This document shows, in pieces, positions 36,453-47,990 of a stretch of DNA of 64,000 nt (the first letter of the stretch is position 1; every line of letters starts with the position of its first letter). This DNA is from Chiloscyllium plagiosum (taxonomy: Eukaryota), in NCBI RefSeq assembly GCF_004010195.1, contig NC_057752.1, forward strand, positions 3,776,726-3,840,725, in the 5' to 3' direction. A program made the translations under genes and the position numbers. The notes under the pieces were generated by a model. That model did no database searches. It was not told the origin of the DNA and worked only from the letters and a program-made list of their open reading frames with translations.

Positions 36453-38041
36453 TTGTTAACATTATCCAACTGCTCTCTTTCAAACAGTATCGTGGGAATT
36501 TCTTTTATCCTCACAAGTGAGAAGGTGGACCATCGTTTAATGTCTCATTTGAAAAACAGCAACTCTGACAGTGCAACATTCCCTCTGTCCTGCACTGGAG
36601 TATTGGCTCATACCTTTGTGCTGAATCTCCAGAGTGGGGTTTGAGTCCACTGACTTCTTTCAGCGATTGGTAGATAATAGAAAGGCTCCAAAGTTGGGTC
36701 TTAAACATATGGTATATTGAAACGTTTTTCAGCAGGACCGAAGATAAATAAGTGTGGAAATCGGAGGTTTTAGTTTTGCTAGCATTATTAGAAAAACTTT
36801 TTCTGCATTCTACCTCTGATTACTAACGTGAGAGTAGCAGGATTGAATCAGCTGACTGCATGCTCATATTTCATTTACAGGGGCTTATTTGTATACAAAT
36901 TGCCCTTCCAGTGTTGCTGAATTATAATTAGATTTGAGAAAACTGAGCCACAGCTGTCCAGTCATGAGATCCATCAATCAAACCTACAATAAGATAATTA
37001 TGAAGAGATGCAGTGATGAATTCTATAATTAAATTGTGTATCATCAGTGAATAGCTTTCATGAAGAGGCCACTAAATGCTTCATTGGGAAGCTGCAATTT
37101 TGATCGATCAACAGGAATGCCAAAATCAATACTGCAGTATTTGTATGGATCACTTTCCCATTGTAGGTCTGGCGTCTAATTGCATCTGTGTGAGCTTTTT
37201 ACTCTCCCTGGCTCTAAACTAGGTCATTGATTGTTTTACTGTAAAGCATGGCTTAATTGCGGTAACAACTGTAATAATATGAGTGGATCATTCTACTTAT
37301 TTGACTTTAGTCCTGTCATGGATAGTAACTATGTCGGGATTGGGTATCACAGTGGATTATTCCACTGGCCTTCCATCTTTTGGTCGAACTAAACCCAAAG
37401 TGATGGGATGCTAGAAGTTCTTCACTGAAGACAATAAAGATGTCAAAAATCATGACAGGATAAAGAGGTATCATAAAAGTCATGAATATGCAAGGTACCA
37501 ATTTTGTAAAGTGACCAACTATTGGTTGTACAACAGAGACCTGTGTGGCAGCCAGATTTTGATGAGTCATACTGCACTGGCATTCTCAGAATGAGCTAAC
37601 AAGGAGACAGAAACACCATGCTGGAAACCGGATGTAATAAGAAATCCTGAGTATTAAAGGTAACATAGACAGTGCTTTGGCCTACCACTAATGTGCTATT
37701 TCCCAAATCAGAGGACATGTCCTTTATTCTTCCATTTCCACAGTAATAATTTGGATTCAGCAATAGAAAGGTCCAAGGCCAACTTAATTTTTCTGGAGAA
37801 AGTGTTCCTGTGCAAACGCAGTTTCTTCTCACATAGTGAGACATAACTTAACTCTTGCATATTGAAGGCTCTTTCTGCCCTGTCATATGTTGTAAAAGCG
37901 TTTTCTTCAGTACAGTTCAACTGGTCATCCTTCATGTTCAAAACGAGGCAGCCAGTGCTGCCTTTGTGGCATACAGTCCAGACTAAACTTTAAACTACCT
38001 TTAAGACAGTTAGATGACCTCACAATATAATTTATATCTGT

Positions 38042-38849
38042 GAGAAGACTTGTAGCTCGGGTGCTCGTTGTTGTGGTTCTGTTCACCGAGCTGGGAATTT
38101 GTGTTGCAGACGTTTCGTCCCCTGTCCAGGTGACATCCTCAGTGCTTGGGAACCTCCTGTGAAGCGCTTCTGTGATGTTTCCTCCGGCATTTATAGTGAT
38201 TTGTATCTGCCGCTTCCGGTTGTCAGTTCCAACTGTCCGCTGCAGTGGCCGGTATATTGGGTCCAGGTCGACGTTTGTTGACAGAATCTGAACTGACAGC
38301 CAGACTACTACGATCACTAGGACTCATAACAGCACACAAACCAACAGCCACTCTCCAAAAACATCTCACCAGGACAAAGGACCCGATGCCCAGCATGAGC
38401 AAAACCAATGTAGTGTACAAAATCCCATGCAAGGACTGCACAAAACACTACATAGGACAAACAGGAAGACAGCTAACTATCCATGAACACCAACTAGCCA
38501 CGTAACGACACGACCAGCTATCCTTAGTAGCCACACATACAGATGACAAGCAACATGAGTTCGACAGGGACAACACTACTATTATAGGACAAGCCAAACA
38601 GAGAACAGCCAGGGAATTCCTAGAGGCATGGCACTCATCCACAGATTCTATCAACAAACACATTGACCTGGACCCAATATACCGGCCACTGCAGCGGACA
38701 GCTGGAACTGACAACCGGAAGCGGCAGAGACAAACCACTATAAATGCTGGAGGAAACATCACAAAAGCGCTCCCAAGCACTGAGGATGTCACCTAGACAG
38801 GGGGCGAAACGTATGCAACAAAAATTCCCAGCTCGGCGAACAGAACCAC
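38042..38849 (+). mobile_element. 5'-truncated Poseidon-type PLE: inverted pLTR, GIY-YIG remnant and pLTR
   Basis: NVVYKIPCKDCTKHYIGQTGRQL. 38072-38272 is the reverse complement of 38662-38850. Perfect 13-bp TSD aatttatatctgt (38029-38041, 38850-38862). Confidence 0.93.
38106..38145 (-). ncRNA. Type I hammerhead ribozyme core in PLE pLTR
   Basis: Minus strand GCA-CTGAGGA-TGTCACCTGGACAGGGGAC-GAAA-CGTC-TGC: stem I GCA/TGC, stem II GTC...GAC, intact core. Sister copies at 38777-38816 (+) and 20533-20572 (-). Confidence 0.7.
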
Positions 38850-39885
38850 AATTTATATCTGTCCCATCTTCAGCCACGACCTCTGTCTAAATAGTCAGTG
38901 TAGTCACTGAGTTACATGTATAAAATACAATAATTTCAGTAAGCACAGAACCCAGACTGTGTTGTGTGTAACTGTGGTATTGTCGCCAGGTAAATACTGT
39001 TGTTAATAAATTTCAAGACATCTGCGTCAACAAGGACCCATCTCACTTCTGTAAATGTTATGTGGACTAATGTACACAAAGCCACCATGTTGTGGTAGCA
39101 ACAAGTAACCTGTTTTAAGAACTAGTTATGACAAATACTTAGTACAGTAACTGGACACGAAACGCTGTGAATTTGACAGCAACAGAGCATTTGTGAAAAA
39201 TCTTTCTTCCCAATCCATCAATTCATCCAATTTCAAAGCTGAAGTGACGAGTTAAAACTAAAGGCTACAAACCTGTAGTGAGGCACAGTGAGCTGTCTGA
39301 AAACAACTGAAAATGCTTGTAGAACAAAATACAGATTTTAAAAACACTAAACTTTTAAAAAAAAAACTTTTCTATACTAGGAAGTGGCAAAACCACCATC
39401 AAGACACACACCTTTCATTACCTAACACCGTATAAAATAGCGCACAAGATGTTATCACTGCTTCTTTTGTGGTGCAAGTGCCATCTATGGCACAAATCGA
39501 ACTTTAAAAGGGGCAATGATATGTAATAGGGAAAATAAAGAAGCTGACATTTAATAAAAATACAGAACTCTAGACTAGCCTAGCCAGCAACATCCACATC
39601 CTATGTGTGGGCAAAAAAAAATTCTTGCATGAACATTTCAAAGAGCATAAATCCACACAAAAGAAAGATGGAAAACAACCATCCAACCATGGATGGTCAA
39701 TCCATTGACGTTCTGTCAGAACTTCAGTTATTTAAAGAAAGAATCAATCTTTACTTCATGGATCAGCAAGTAATGACAGGTTGTCAGCCTTCCTCTGGCT
39801 TTGAGCACTGAAAGGTTAAGAATAAAATCCTCCAGTACTTTTGATGACAAATGCAAAGATTCTGTCAAAAATCTGAAAAGTTTTG

Positions 39886-40455
39886 TCGAGAGGTCATGTG
39901 GCTGTACAGGACATTGGTGAAGCCACTGTTGGAATATTGCGTGCAATTCTGGTCTCCTTCCTATCGGAAGGATGTTGTGAAACGTGACAGGGTTCAGAAA
40001 AAATTTACAAGGATGTTGCCAGGGTTGGAGGGTTTAAGCTACAGCCCTGGAGCGTCAGAGGCTGAGGGGTGACCTTTAGAGGTTTATAAAATCGTGAGGG
40101 ATATGGATAGGATAAATAGACAAGGTCTTTGCCCTGGGGTGGGGGAGACCAAAACTAGAGGGCATAGGTTTGGGGTGAGGGGAGAAAAGTTTATAAAAGG
40201 GACCTAAGAGGCAACCTTTTCACGCAGAGGGTGGTACGTGTGTGGAATGAGCTGCCAGAGGAAGTGGTGGAGGCTGGTACAATTACAAAATTGAAAAGGC
40301 ATCTGGATGGGTATATGAATAGGAAGGGTTTGGAGGGATATGGGCCAAGTGCTGGCAAATGGGACTAGATTAGGTTGGGATATCTGGTCAGCATGGACGG
40401 GTTGGACCGAAGGGTCTATTTCTGGGCTATACATCTCTATGACTCTGTGACTCTA
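39886..40455 (+). mobile_element. CR1 3' end
   Basis: LYRTLVKPLLEYCVQFWSP...WNELPEEVVEAG. 3' UTR ending atgactctgtgactcta. Confidence 0.9.
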
Positions 40456-40469
40456 ATCAATTCAAAGTT

Positions 40470-40640
40470 CAATCTGGAAATGACAACATCCCCCACCAGA
40501 CCATATCAATATTGAGTAGAGTAAAACACCAAGGCTTCATGGAAGTCACTCTGATGTTACCTAGCATGGTGACGAAACATCTGCATGACAACCCACCAGC
40601 TCGGCAAGCAAACCAACAACCCCAGTTCAATTCAACCTCA
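40470..40640 (+). mobile_element. PLE pLTR fragment with decayed hammerhead
   Basis: gatgttacctagcatggtgacgaaacatctgca...ccagctcggcaagcaaac parallels 38785-38850. Confidence 0.6.
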
Positions 40641-40699
40641 AGATACACAGACTGGAGTTCACGTCATACTACCATGTGCAAAGGTATGGTTTGTGATTT

Positions 40700-41150
40700 T
40701 TACCATGACAGTAAGTCCGACTAAATTGGTCATCACCTTTATACGCATCAAACCTAGCCAAAACGAAAGTATGTACTGTTGACGCTCTACTCGGAGGAGG
40801 ACAGAAGTGCTCGATTCTGGAGCAATGATTGCAGCCAACAGGTCCAGTGGAACGTCCAAATTTGGTATGAGGTGTGGCTTGTCTCACACAGAAAAGATAG
40901 TGTCCATCATTTTGTGGCTACATTCCACAAGGCTACATTTGCCAAAAATGCGCAAGCAATCTAATTGCCAAGAGAAATCTAAAGTGCAACACAATACTCG
41001 ACAGCAGCAAGTGATGAAAGAGCCAATGAAGGAACCATGCCAAAGAAACTTTCAATATTCTAAGCATGGCATGCAAGCATATCGCCAAAGGCCATACTGC
41101 AATGTTGCAGCTTACAGATTCTAGACACACAATACATGTGGTAAACTTGA
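40700..41150 (+). mobile_element. Possible decayed Gypsy gag fragment
   Basis: Frameshifted RCGLSH...CPSF...ICQKC resembles a gag Cys/His knuckle. No LTR found. Confidence 0.3.
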
Positions 41151-41329
41151 CACACCGCAACCAGAAAAGCTGAAGCCTTTACCTCCATTCAAATGATGTA
41201 CTTCAAAAGGAATAGACACCATGTACTCTCTGCCAAAATTAGCACTAATGCCAGTGCAGATATCATCCTTTTATACATCTCACATGAGACGCACTCAGTA
41301 ACTGGCATAGTCTGGTGATATTTTTTTAA

Positions 41330-41550
41330 AAAGCTTACTCACAGGATGAGGGTGTTCCTGATGAGGTCAGCATTTAATACCCACTGAGCAACTAAGAGTC
41401 AACCACTTTCCTGTGGGGCTGGAGTCACATATAGGCTAGACCAGGTGAAGACAACAGTTTCCTTCCTGAAAGTGAACGAGATGAGTTTTCTAAGAATTAA
41501 CTGTGAATTCATGGTAATCGATAGGACTCTCTATTTCAGATTTTTATTGG
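41330..41550 (-). mobile_element. tRNA-headed SINE family, 3' part
   Basis: taagagtcaacca...ctggagtcacatataggctagaccagg shared with the other copies. Confidence 0.65.
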
Positions 41551-41552
41551 CT

Positions 41553-43945
41553 TCCAAAAGTGGCCTAACCAATGTCCTGTACAGCCACAACATGACCTCC
41601 CAACTCTTATACTCAATACTCTGACCAATAAAGGAAAGTATACCAAATGCCTTCTTCATTATCCTATCTACCTACGACTCCACTTTCAAGGAGCTATGAA
41701 CCTGCATTCCAAGGTCTCTTTGTTCAGCAACACTCCCTAGGACCTTACCATTAAGCACACAAGTCCTGCTAAGATTTGCTTTCCCAAAATGTAGCACCTC
41801 ACATTTATCTAAATTAAACTCCATCTGCCATTCCTCAGCCCATTGGCCCATCTAATCAAGATCCTGTTGTAATCCGAGGTAACCTTCTTCACTGTCCACT
41901 ACACCTCCAATTTTGGTGTCATCTGCAAACTTACTAATTATACCTCTTTTGAATGTAAGCATATCATTTCTATAAATGATGAAAAGTAGTGGACCCAGCA
42001 CCGATCCTTGTGACACGCCACTGGTCACAGGCCTCCAGTCTGAAAAACAACCCTCCACCACCACCTTCTGTCTTCTACCTTTTGAGCCAGTTCTGTATCC
42101 AAATGGCTAGTTCTCCCTGTACTCCATGAGATCTAACCTTGGTATTCAGTCTCCCATTGGGAACCTTGTCGAACGCCTTACTGAAGTCCATATAGATCAC
42201 ATCTACTGCTCTGCCCTCATCAATCTTCTTTGTTACTTCTTCAAAAAACTCAATCAAGTTTGTGAGACATGATTTCCCATGCACAAAGCCATGTTGACTA
42301 TTCCTAATCAGTCCTTGCCTTTCCAAATACATGTACATCCTGTCCCTCAGAATTCCCTCCAACAACTTGCCCACCACCGAGGTCAGGCTCACCGGTCTAT
42401 AGTTCCCTGGCTTGTCCTTACCACCTTTCTTAAATAGTAGCACCACGTTAGCCAACCTCCAGTCTTCCGGCACCTCACCTGTGACTACAGATGATGCAAA
42501 TATCTCAGCAAGAGGTCCAGCAATCACTTCTCTAGCTTCCCACAGAGTTCTCGGGTACACCTGATCAGGTCTTGGGGATTTATCCACTTTTATGCGTTTC
42601 ACGACATCCAGCACTTCCTCCTTTGTAATATGGACATTTTTCAAGATGTCACCATCTATTTCCCTATACTCTATATCTTCCATGTCCTTTTAAATCATAA
42701 ACACTGATGCAAAATATTTGTTTAGTATCTTCCCCCATCTTCTGTGGCTCCACACAAAGGCCACCTTGCTGATCTTTGAGGGGCCCTATTCTCTCCCTAG
42801 TTATCCTAGTTGTCCATTAATTTATTTGTAAAAACCCTTTGGATTCTCCTTAACCCTATTTGCCAAAGTTATCTCATGTCCCCGTTTTGCCCTCCTGATT
42901 TCCCTCTTAAGTATACTCCAACTTCCTTTATACTCTTCTAAGGATTCACCCGATCTATCCTTGTCTGTAGCTGACATATGCTTCCTTCTTTTTCAAAACC
43001 AAACCCTCAATTTCTTTAGTCATCCAGCATTCCCTACATCTACCAGCCTTTCCTTTTACCCTAACAGGAATATACTGTCTCTGGGCTCTCGTTATCTCAT
43101 TTCTGATGGCTTCCCACTTTCCAGCTGTCCCTTTACCTGCGAATATCTGCCCCCAATCAGCTTTTGAAAGTTCTTGCTTAATACCATCAAAATTAACCTT
43201 CCTCTAAGTACACTGTAAGTAATCTAAGTAATCTAATCTAAAATCTAATCTAATCTAATTTCGAACTTAAACTTCAACTTTTAGATCTGGTCTATCCTTT
43301 TCCATCACTATTTTAAAACAAATAGAATTATGGTCGCTGGCCCCAAAGTGCTCCCCCACTGACACCTCAGTCACCTGCCTTGCCTTATTTCCCAAGAGTA
43401 GGTCAAGTTTTGCACCTTCTCTCGTAGGTACATCCACAAACTGAATCAGAAAATATTCTTGAACATGCTTAACAAATCCTTCTCCATCTAATCCCGTAAC
43501 ACTATGGCAGTCCCTGTCTATGTTTGGAAAGTTAAAATCCCCGACCATAACCATTGTATTATTCTTATAGATAACTGAGATCGCCTTACAAATTTGTTTC
43601 TCAATTTCCCACTGACTATCCTCCCTCTGCACAGCTGTAATACTATCCCTTATCGAAAACGCCACTCCCCCTCCTCTCTTGCCTCCCTTTCTATCCTTCC
43701 AGTAGCATTTGTATCCTTGAACATTAAGCTGCCAGTCCTGACCATCCCTGAGCCATGTTTCTGTAATTGCTATGATATCCCAGTCCCATGTTCCTAACCA
43801 TACCCTGAGTTCATCTGCCTTCCCTGTTAGGCCCCTTGCATTGAAATAAATGCAGTTTAATTTATCAGTCCCACCTTGTTCACTGCTTTGTCCCTGCCTG
43901 TCCTAACTGTTTGACTCTCTTCTGTTCTCAACTGTACCAGTCTGC
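41553..43945 (-). mobile_element. CR1 ORF2 (APE endonuclease and RT), 3'-truncated
   Basis: MVGDFNFPNID, PTREGAKLDLLLGN, SDHNSI. ORF 42075-42683 with NYRPVSLTSVVGKLLE, QHGF, DFSKAFDKVP. KFADDTKIGG. Confidence 0.95.
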
Positions 43946-43999
43946 ACACATTGCAAATGAGCGAAGAAATGATGGAAATTAAATCTAGCTGGAATTTGT

Positions 44000-44246
44000 A
44001 AATGTCTGGGGCCAACGCCCAGGTTGGACAGAGTCAGTGTCTGTGTGATGGGTAAAAGTGTAAGACTCTTGTCCGCTCTGGATGAGAGGGCCTTAAGGAT
44101 GCAAATACATTAAGCTGGAATTTATAAATTTATTAATGTATTTGCATCCTCAAGGCCCTCTCATCCAGAGCGGACAAGAGTCTTACACTTTTACCCATCA
44201 CACAGACACTGACTCTGTCCAACCTGGGCGTTGGCCCCAGACATTT
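44000..44246. repeat. Long inverted repeat: 114-bp arms, 19-bp spacer, 1 mismatch
   Basis: 44000-44113 is the reverse complement of 44133-44246. Confidence 0.95.
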
Positions 44247-44781
44247 TCCAGTTGCATTTTGCTGCTCAGGAATAGCATGTGAAATGACAACGAACACAGC
44301 TCACAGTAGATACTGTCAGCACTGGCCTCCATCAGGTCACAAGTCTCTCCCCTGCAACCCCCAGATTCTCCACTACCCATCTCCTGATGCAGAGACCCGC
44401 CACAGTGAATGTTGCTTCCTGAAGCCCTGACATTACACCTTAATGATCAGAGATCTGGGGCGAATGGGGTTCTGGGGGTCTGTGCTTTGATTGTTGAGGA
44501 GGGTACAAGGAGTGCTGTAGGGGCAAAGGGAAGATCACTGACAAAGCTGGGTCAGGCAGTGGTGAGGTAAAGCAGACGCACCCTTTTCCTCTACACTTCC
44601 CCTGTGGAGGCCACAGTGATGGTGTCTGCCAATAAGCCCCCTTCTTTGTGGTAGATATTATGCACATTAACATTTTTTTTTTAAATCACAAAATGCCTCA
44701 GCCAGCATTGGCACGGTATGGCTGTGAAGACATCAAGGCCAAGTCAAATTGCATCCTTACCTTACCTAACTTGTTTCATCA

Positions 44782-45010
44782 GGCTGTAGCTCAGTCCGTA
44801 GCAAGCCATTCTCCAAGTAAGAAGGTTCTGGGTTCAAGGTACACTCCACTGCTTGAGCATAAATATCCAAATGCAGTACTGTGGGAGTGCTGCAGTGCCA
44901 TCTATCAAATGAAATATTAGACAGTAGTGTTGTCTTTTCTCTCAAGTGGATATAAAGGATCCCATGGGACCATCTCTGCTGGGTATGGTATCTGAACAAT
45001 ATTATCTTCA
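44782..45010 (+). mobile_element. Deu-SINE 5' part (tRNA-like head and Deu domain)
   Basis: gtagctcagt...gaaggttctgggttcaag head, then gcagtactgtgggagtgctgca...caaatgaaatattaga...gtggatataaaggatcccatgg. Confidence 0.55.
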
Positions 45011-45571
45011 CTGCAATGTCTGAACAGCAAGAATAATTGAAAAAGAATTGGAAACAAATTAACGATATACATGGAAACTGAACCAATTTTTTAAATGACT
45101 GATAGACATAAGACAACAATTGAATCTTACAACTGATAACGCCAACTTGCTTTTTTTATAGCTCTTTTAAGAACTGGTAAGATATCCCAGTTTACCTCTC
45201 GAGTGATTATCAAACAAACCTTGACATCAAGCTAAGGAAGTATACGTTAGGCCAGATTACCAAAGGTTTGGCCAAAGAATAGGTTTTTAAGAAGGGCCTT
45301 AAAGAATGATAGGGAGAGTGTTTTATCACTTTGAACAAGAAGGAAATGTGGACTGTTTTTGACAATATTATCAAGTAAACAGGGAGTGTTGTGTGGCATT
45401 TTCTGCAAGCGAGCGGCAGTTTAGTTGGCTGGACTGCTGTTTGCAATGTTTGACGTCCATGAGATGGGTTCAATTTGTATACCATCTGTGGTCATCGTGA
45501 AGACCTGCCTTCACAACCTTGTGAAAGTGAGGACTGCAGATGCTGGAGATCAGAGTTGAGAGTGTGGTAGA

Positions 45572-46808
45572 GTTCGTAAGTTTGCAGATGACACCAAAAT
45601 TGGGGGTGTAGTGGACAGAGAAGAGGGTTACCTCAGATTACAACAGGATCTTGATCAGATGGGCCAATGGGCTGAAAAGTGGCAGGTGGAGTTAATTTAG
45701 ATAAATGCAAAGTGCTGCATTTTGGGAAAGCATGGTGGCTCAGTGGTTAGCACTGCTGCCTCACAGCACCGGGGTCCCAGGTTCGATTTCAGCCTCGGGC
45801 GACCGTCTGTGTGGAGTTTGCACATTCTCCCTGTGTCTGTGTGAGTTTTCTCTGGGTGCTCCGGTTTCCTCCCACAATCCAAAGATGTGTAGATTAGGTG
45901 AATTGGCCATGCTAAATTGCCCTTAGGGCGAGGTGTATTAGTCAGAGAGATATGGGTCTGGGAGGGTTGCTCTTCAGAGGGTCGGTGTGGACTGGTTGGG
46001 CCGCAAGGCCTGTTTCCACACTGTAGGGAATCTAATCAAATCTTAGCAGGACCTGTACACTTAATGGTAAGGTCCTTGGGAGCGTTGCTGAACAAAGAGA
46101 CCTTGGAGTGCAGGTTCATAGCTTCTTGAAAGTGGAGTCGCAGGTAGATAGGATAGTGAAGAAGGTGTTTGGTATGCTTTCCTTTATTGGTCAGAGTATT
46201 GAGTACAGGAGTTGGGAGGTCATGTTGCGGCTGTACAGGACATTGGTTAGGCCACTGTTGGAATATTGTGTGCAATTCTGGTCTCTTTCCTATCAGAAAG
46301 ATGTTGTAAAACTTGAAAGGGTTCAGAAAAGATTCACAAGGATGTTGCGAGGGTCGTAGGGTTTGAGCTTTAGGGAGAGGCTGATCAGGCTGTTGCTGTT
46401 TTACCTGGAGTGTCGGAGGCTGAGGGGTGACCTTATAGAGGTTTACAAAATTATGAGGGGCATGGATAGGATAAATAGGCAAAGTCTTTTCACAAAGTTG
46501 GTGGAATCCAGAACTAGAGGGCATAGGTTTAGGATGAGAGGGGAAAGATATAAAAGGGACCTAAGGGGCAACTTTTTCACGCAGAGGGTGGTACGTGCAT
46601 CGAATGAGCTGCCAAGGGAAGAGGTGGAGTCTGGTACAATTGCAACATTTAAAAGGCATTTGGATGGGTATATGAATAGGAAGGGTTTGGAGGGATATGG
46701 GCTGGGTGCTGGCAGGTGGGACTCTATTGGCTTGGGATAACTGGTCAGCATGGATGAGTTGGACTGAAAGGTCTGTTTCCGTGCTGTACATCTCTATGAC
46801 TCTATGAC
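45572..46808 (+). mobile_element. CR1 3' portion, interrupted by HE1
   Basis: KFADDTKIGGVVD, RLYRTLVRPLLEYCVQFW, SRTRGHRF...FFTQRVV. 3' tail tctatgactctatgact. Confidence 0.92.
45730..46037 (+). mobile_element. HE1 (V-SINE)
   Basis: gcatggtggctcagtggttagcactgctgcctcacagc head, V-domain, tail tttccacactgtagggaatctaatc. Confidence 0.9.
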
Positions 46809-47529
46809 TTTATGGTGCAGAAAAGCACAGAAGGTCAGGCAGCATCTGAGGAGCAGCAGAATCGACATTTCGGGCAAAAGCCCTTCATCAGGAATCTTGG
46901 CCCTTGCCTGAGGCATGGTGACTGTCTGGTTAAATTCCAGTTTAACCAGTTTTCTCCTTCTATTAAGAAAGCTGTCTATGGTCCTCTGGAATTTTCACTT
47001 TCAGTAAGCTCTTGAACAGCACCAGTTAGCATCAGGGCAACTGTTGTTCAGCATTAATGTGTTTGATAATCTCTTGTGTAAGCAAATTAAAATACATGTT
47101 TCAGGAAGTAAAGAGCCCAAGTAGATCATGCAGCATTTTCATCATGATTGATGTCAAACCTAAGTTGTAAAATGGGCTTTTCACAACACAAAGATTTTGG
47201 CCAAACAGTGTCATGTTGTACACCTATGTAGAGCTCATTTTATGATTGTTATTCACAAGAAGGTAATTAGCTGATGATAAATGAGGCACATCTCTCAAAA
47301 ATGAGAAAAACACCTTCGCCCTCCCTGTTCTACGCTGTAACTCTCTCAAATGCCTCTGCTATGTGAGCCAGATCATTCTAAACGTTGAGCAAGTGAAGAA
47401 GCTCTTTCTTAGGCTTCCAAATATTTTTTCAATTCACTTTGAAGGTGTTAGCCTTAACTCCTATCACTTTTACCTCAGAGTTAGAAACTCATGGGTTTAA
47501 CATTTAGACAAATGATATACCAAACAGTT

Positions 47530-47990
47530 TTACCAGGATGTTGCCTGGTATGGGGGGGATTTTAATGAAGAATGGTTGGATAGACTGGGTTTGTTTTCAC
47601 TGGAACGCAGGAGGTTGAGGGACGACCTGATTGAAGTTTATAAGATTGTGAAAGGCGTGGATAGAGTGGGATGTATGAGGCTTTTTCCCCAGGGTGGAGG
47701 GGTCCATTACTAGGGGACATAGGTTCAAGGTGCGGGTGGGGGGGAGTTTAAAAGAGATGTGCCAGGCAGGTTTTTCACACAAAGGGTGGTGTGTGCCTGG
47801 AACGCGCTGTCAGAGGAGGGGGTGGAAGCAGACACAATAGCAGCATTCGCCCGAATGAATACATAAATAGGAAGGGAGCAGAGGGATACGGATCCTGTAA
47901 GTGAAGACAGTTTTAGTATGGAAGGGCAAAATGTGTCAGGACTGGCTTGGAGGGCCGAAGGGCCTGTTCCTGGGCTGGATTGTTTTTTTG
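47530..47990 (+). mobile_element. CR1 3' end
   Basis: FTRMLPG...LERRRLRDDLIEVYKIVKG...FFTQRVVCAWNAL. Confidence 0.85.

Larger units (their letters stand above)
33590..36660 (-). mobile_element. Deu-SINE split by later insertions (pieces about 33590-33871, 34114-34190, 36455-36660)
   Basis: Tail at 33740-33860 and Deu-domain-like ttgcactgtcagagttgctgtttttcaaatgagacattaaac at 36534-36576, collinear on the minus strand. Confidence 0.55.
45523..46895 (-). mobile_element. Mini-PLE split (45523-45568 and 46812-46895) by a CR1 insertion
   Basis: The halves join to give the same pLTR as 33872-34000. Hammerhead core on the minus strand at 46864-46891. Confidence 0.75.

Noticed and set aside
37316..37941. 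Cluster of minus-strand ORFs in unique sequence
   Set aside because: Short, overlapping in different frames, with no recognisable domain or convincing splice structure.
41553..46808. Single CR1 with an internal inversion
   Set aside because: The minus and plus copies overlap in element coordinates (both contain FADDTK to LVRPLL), so they are separate insertions.
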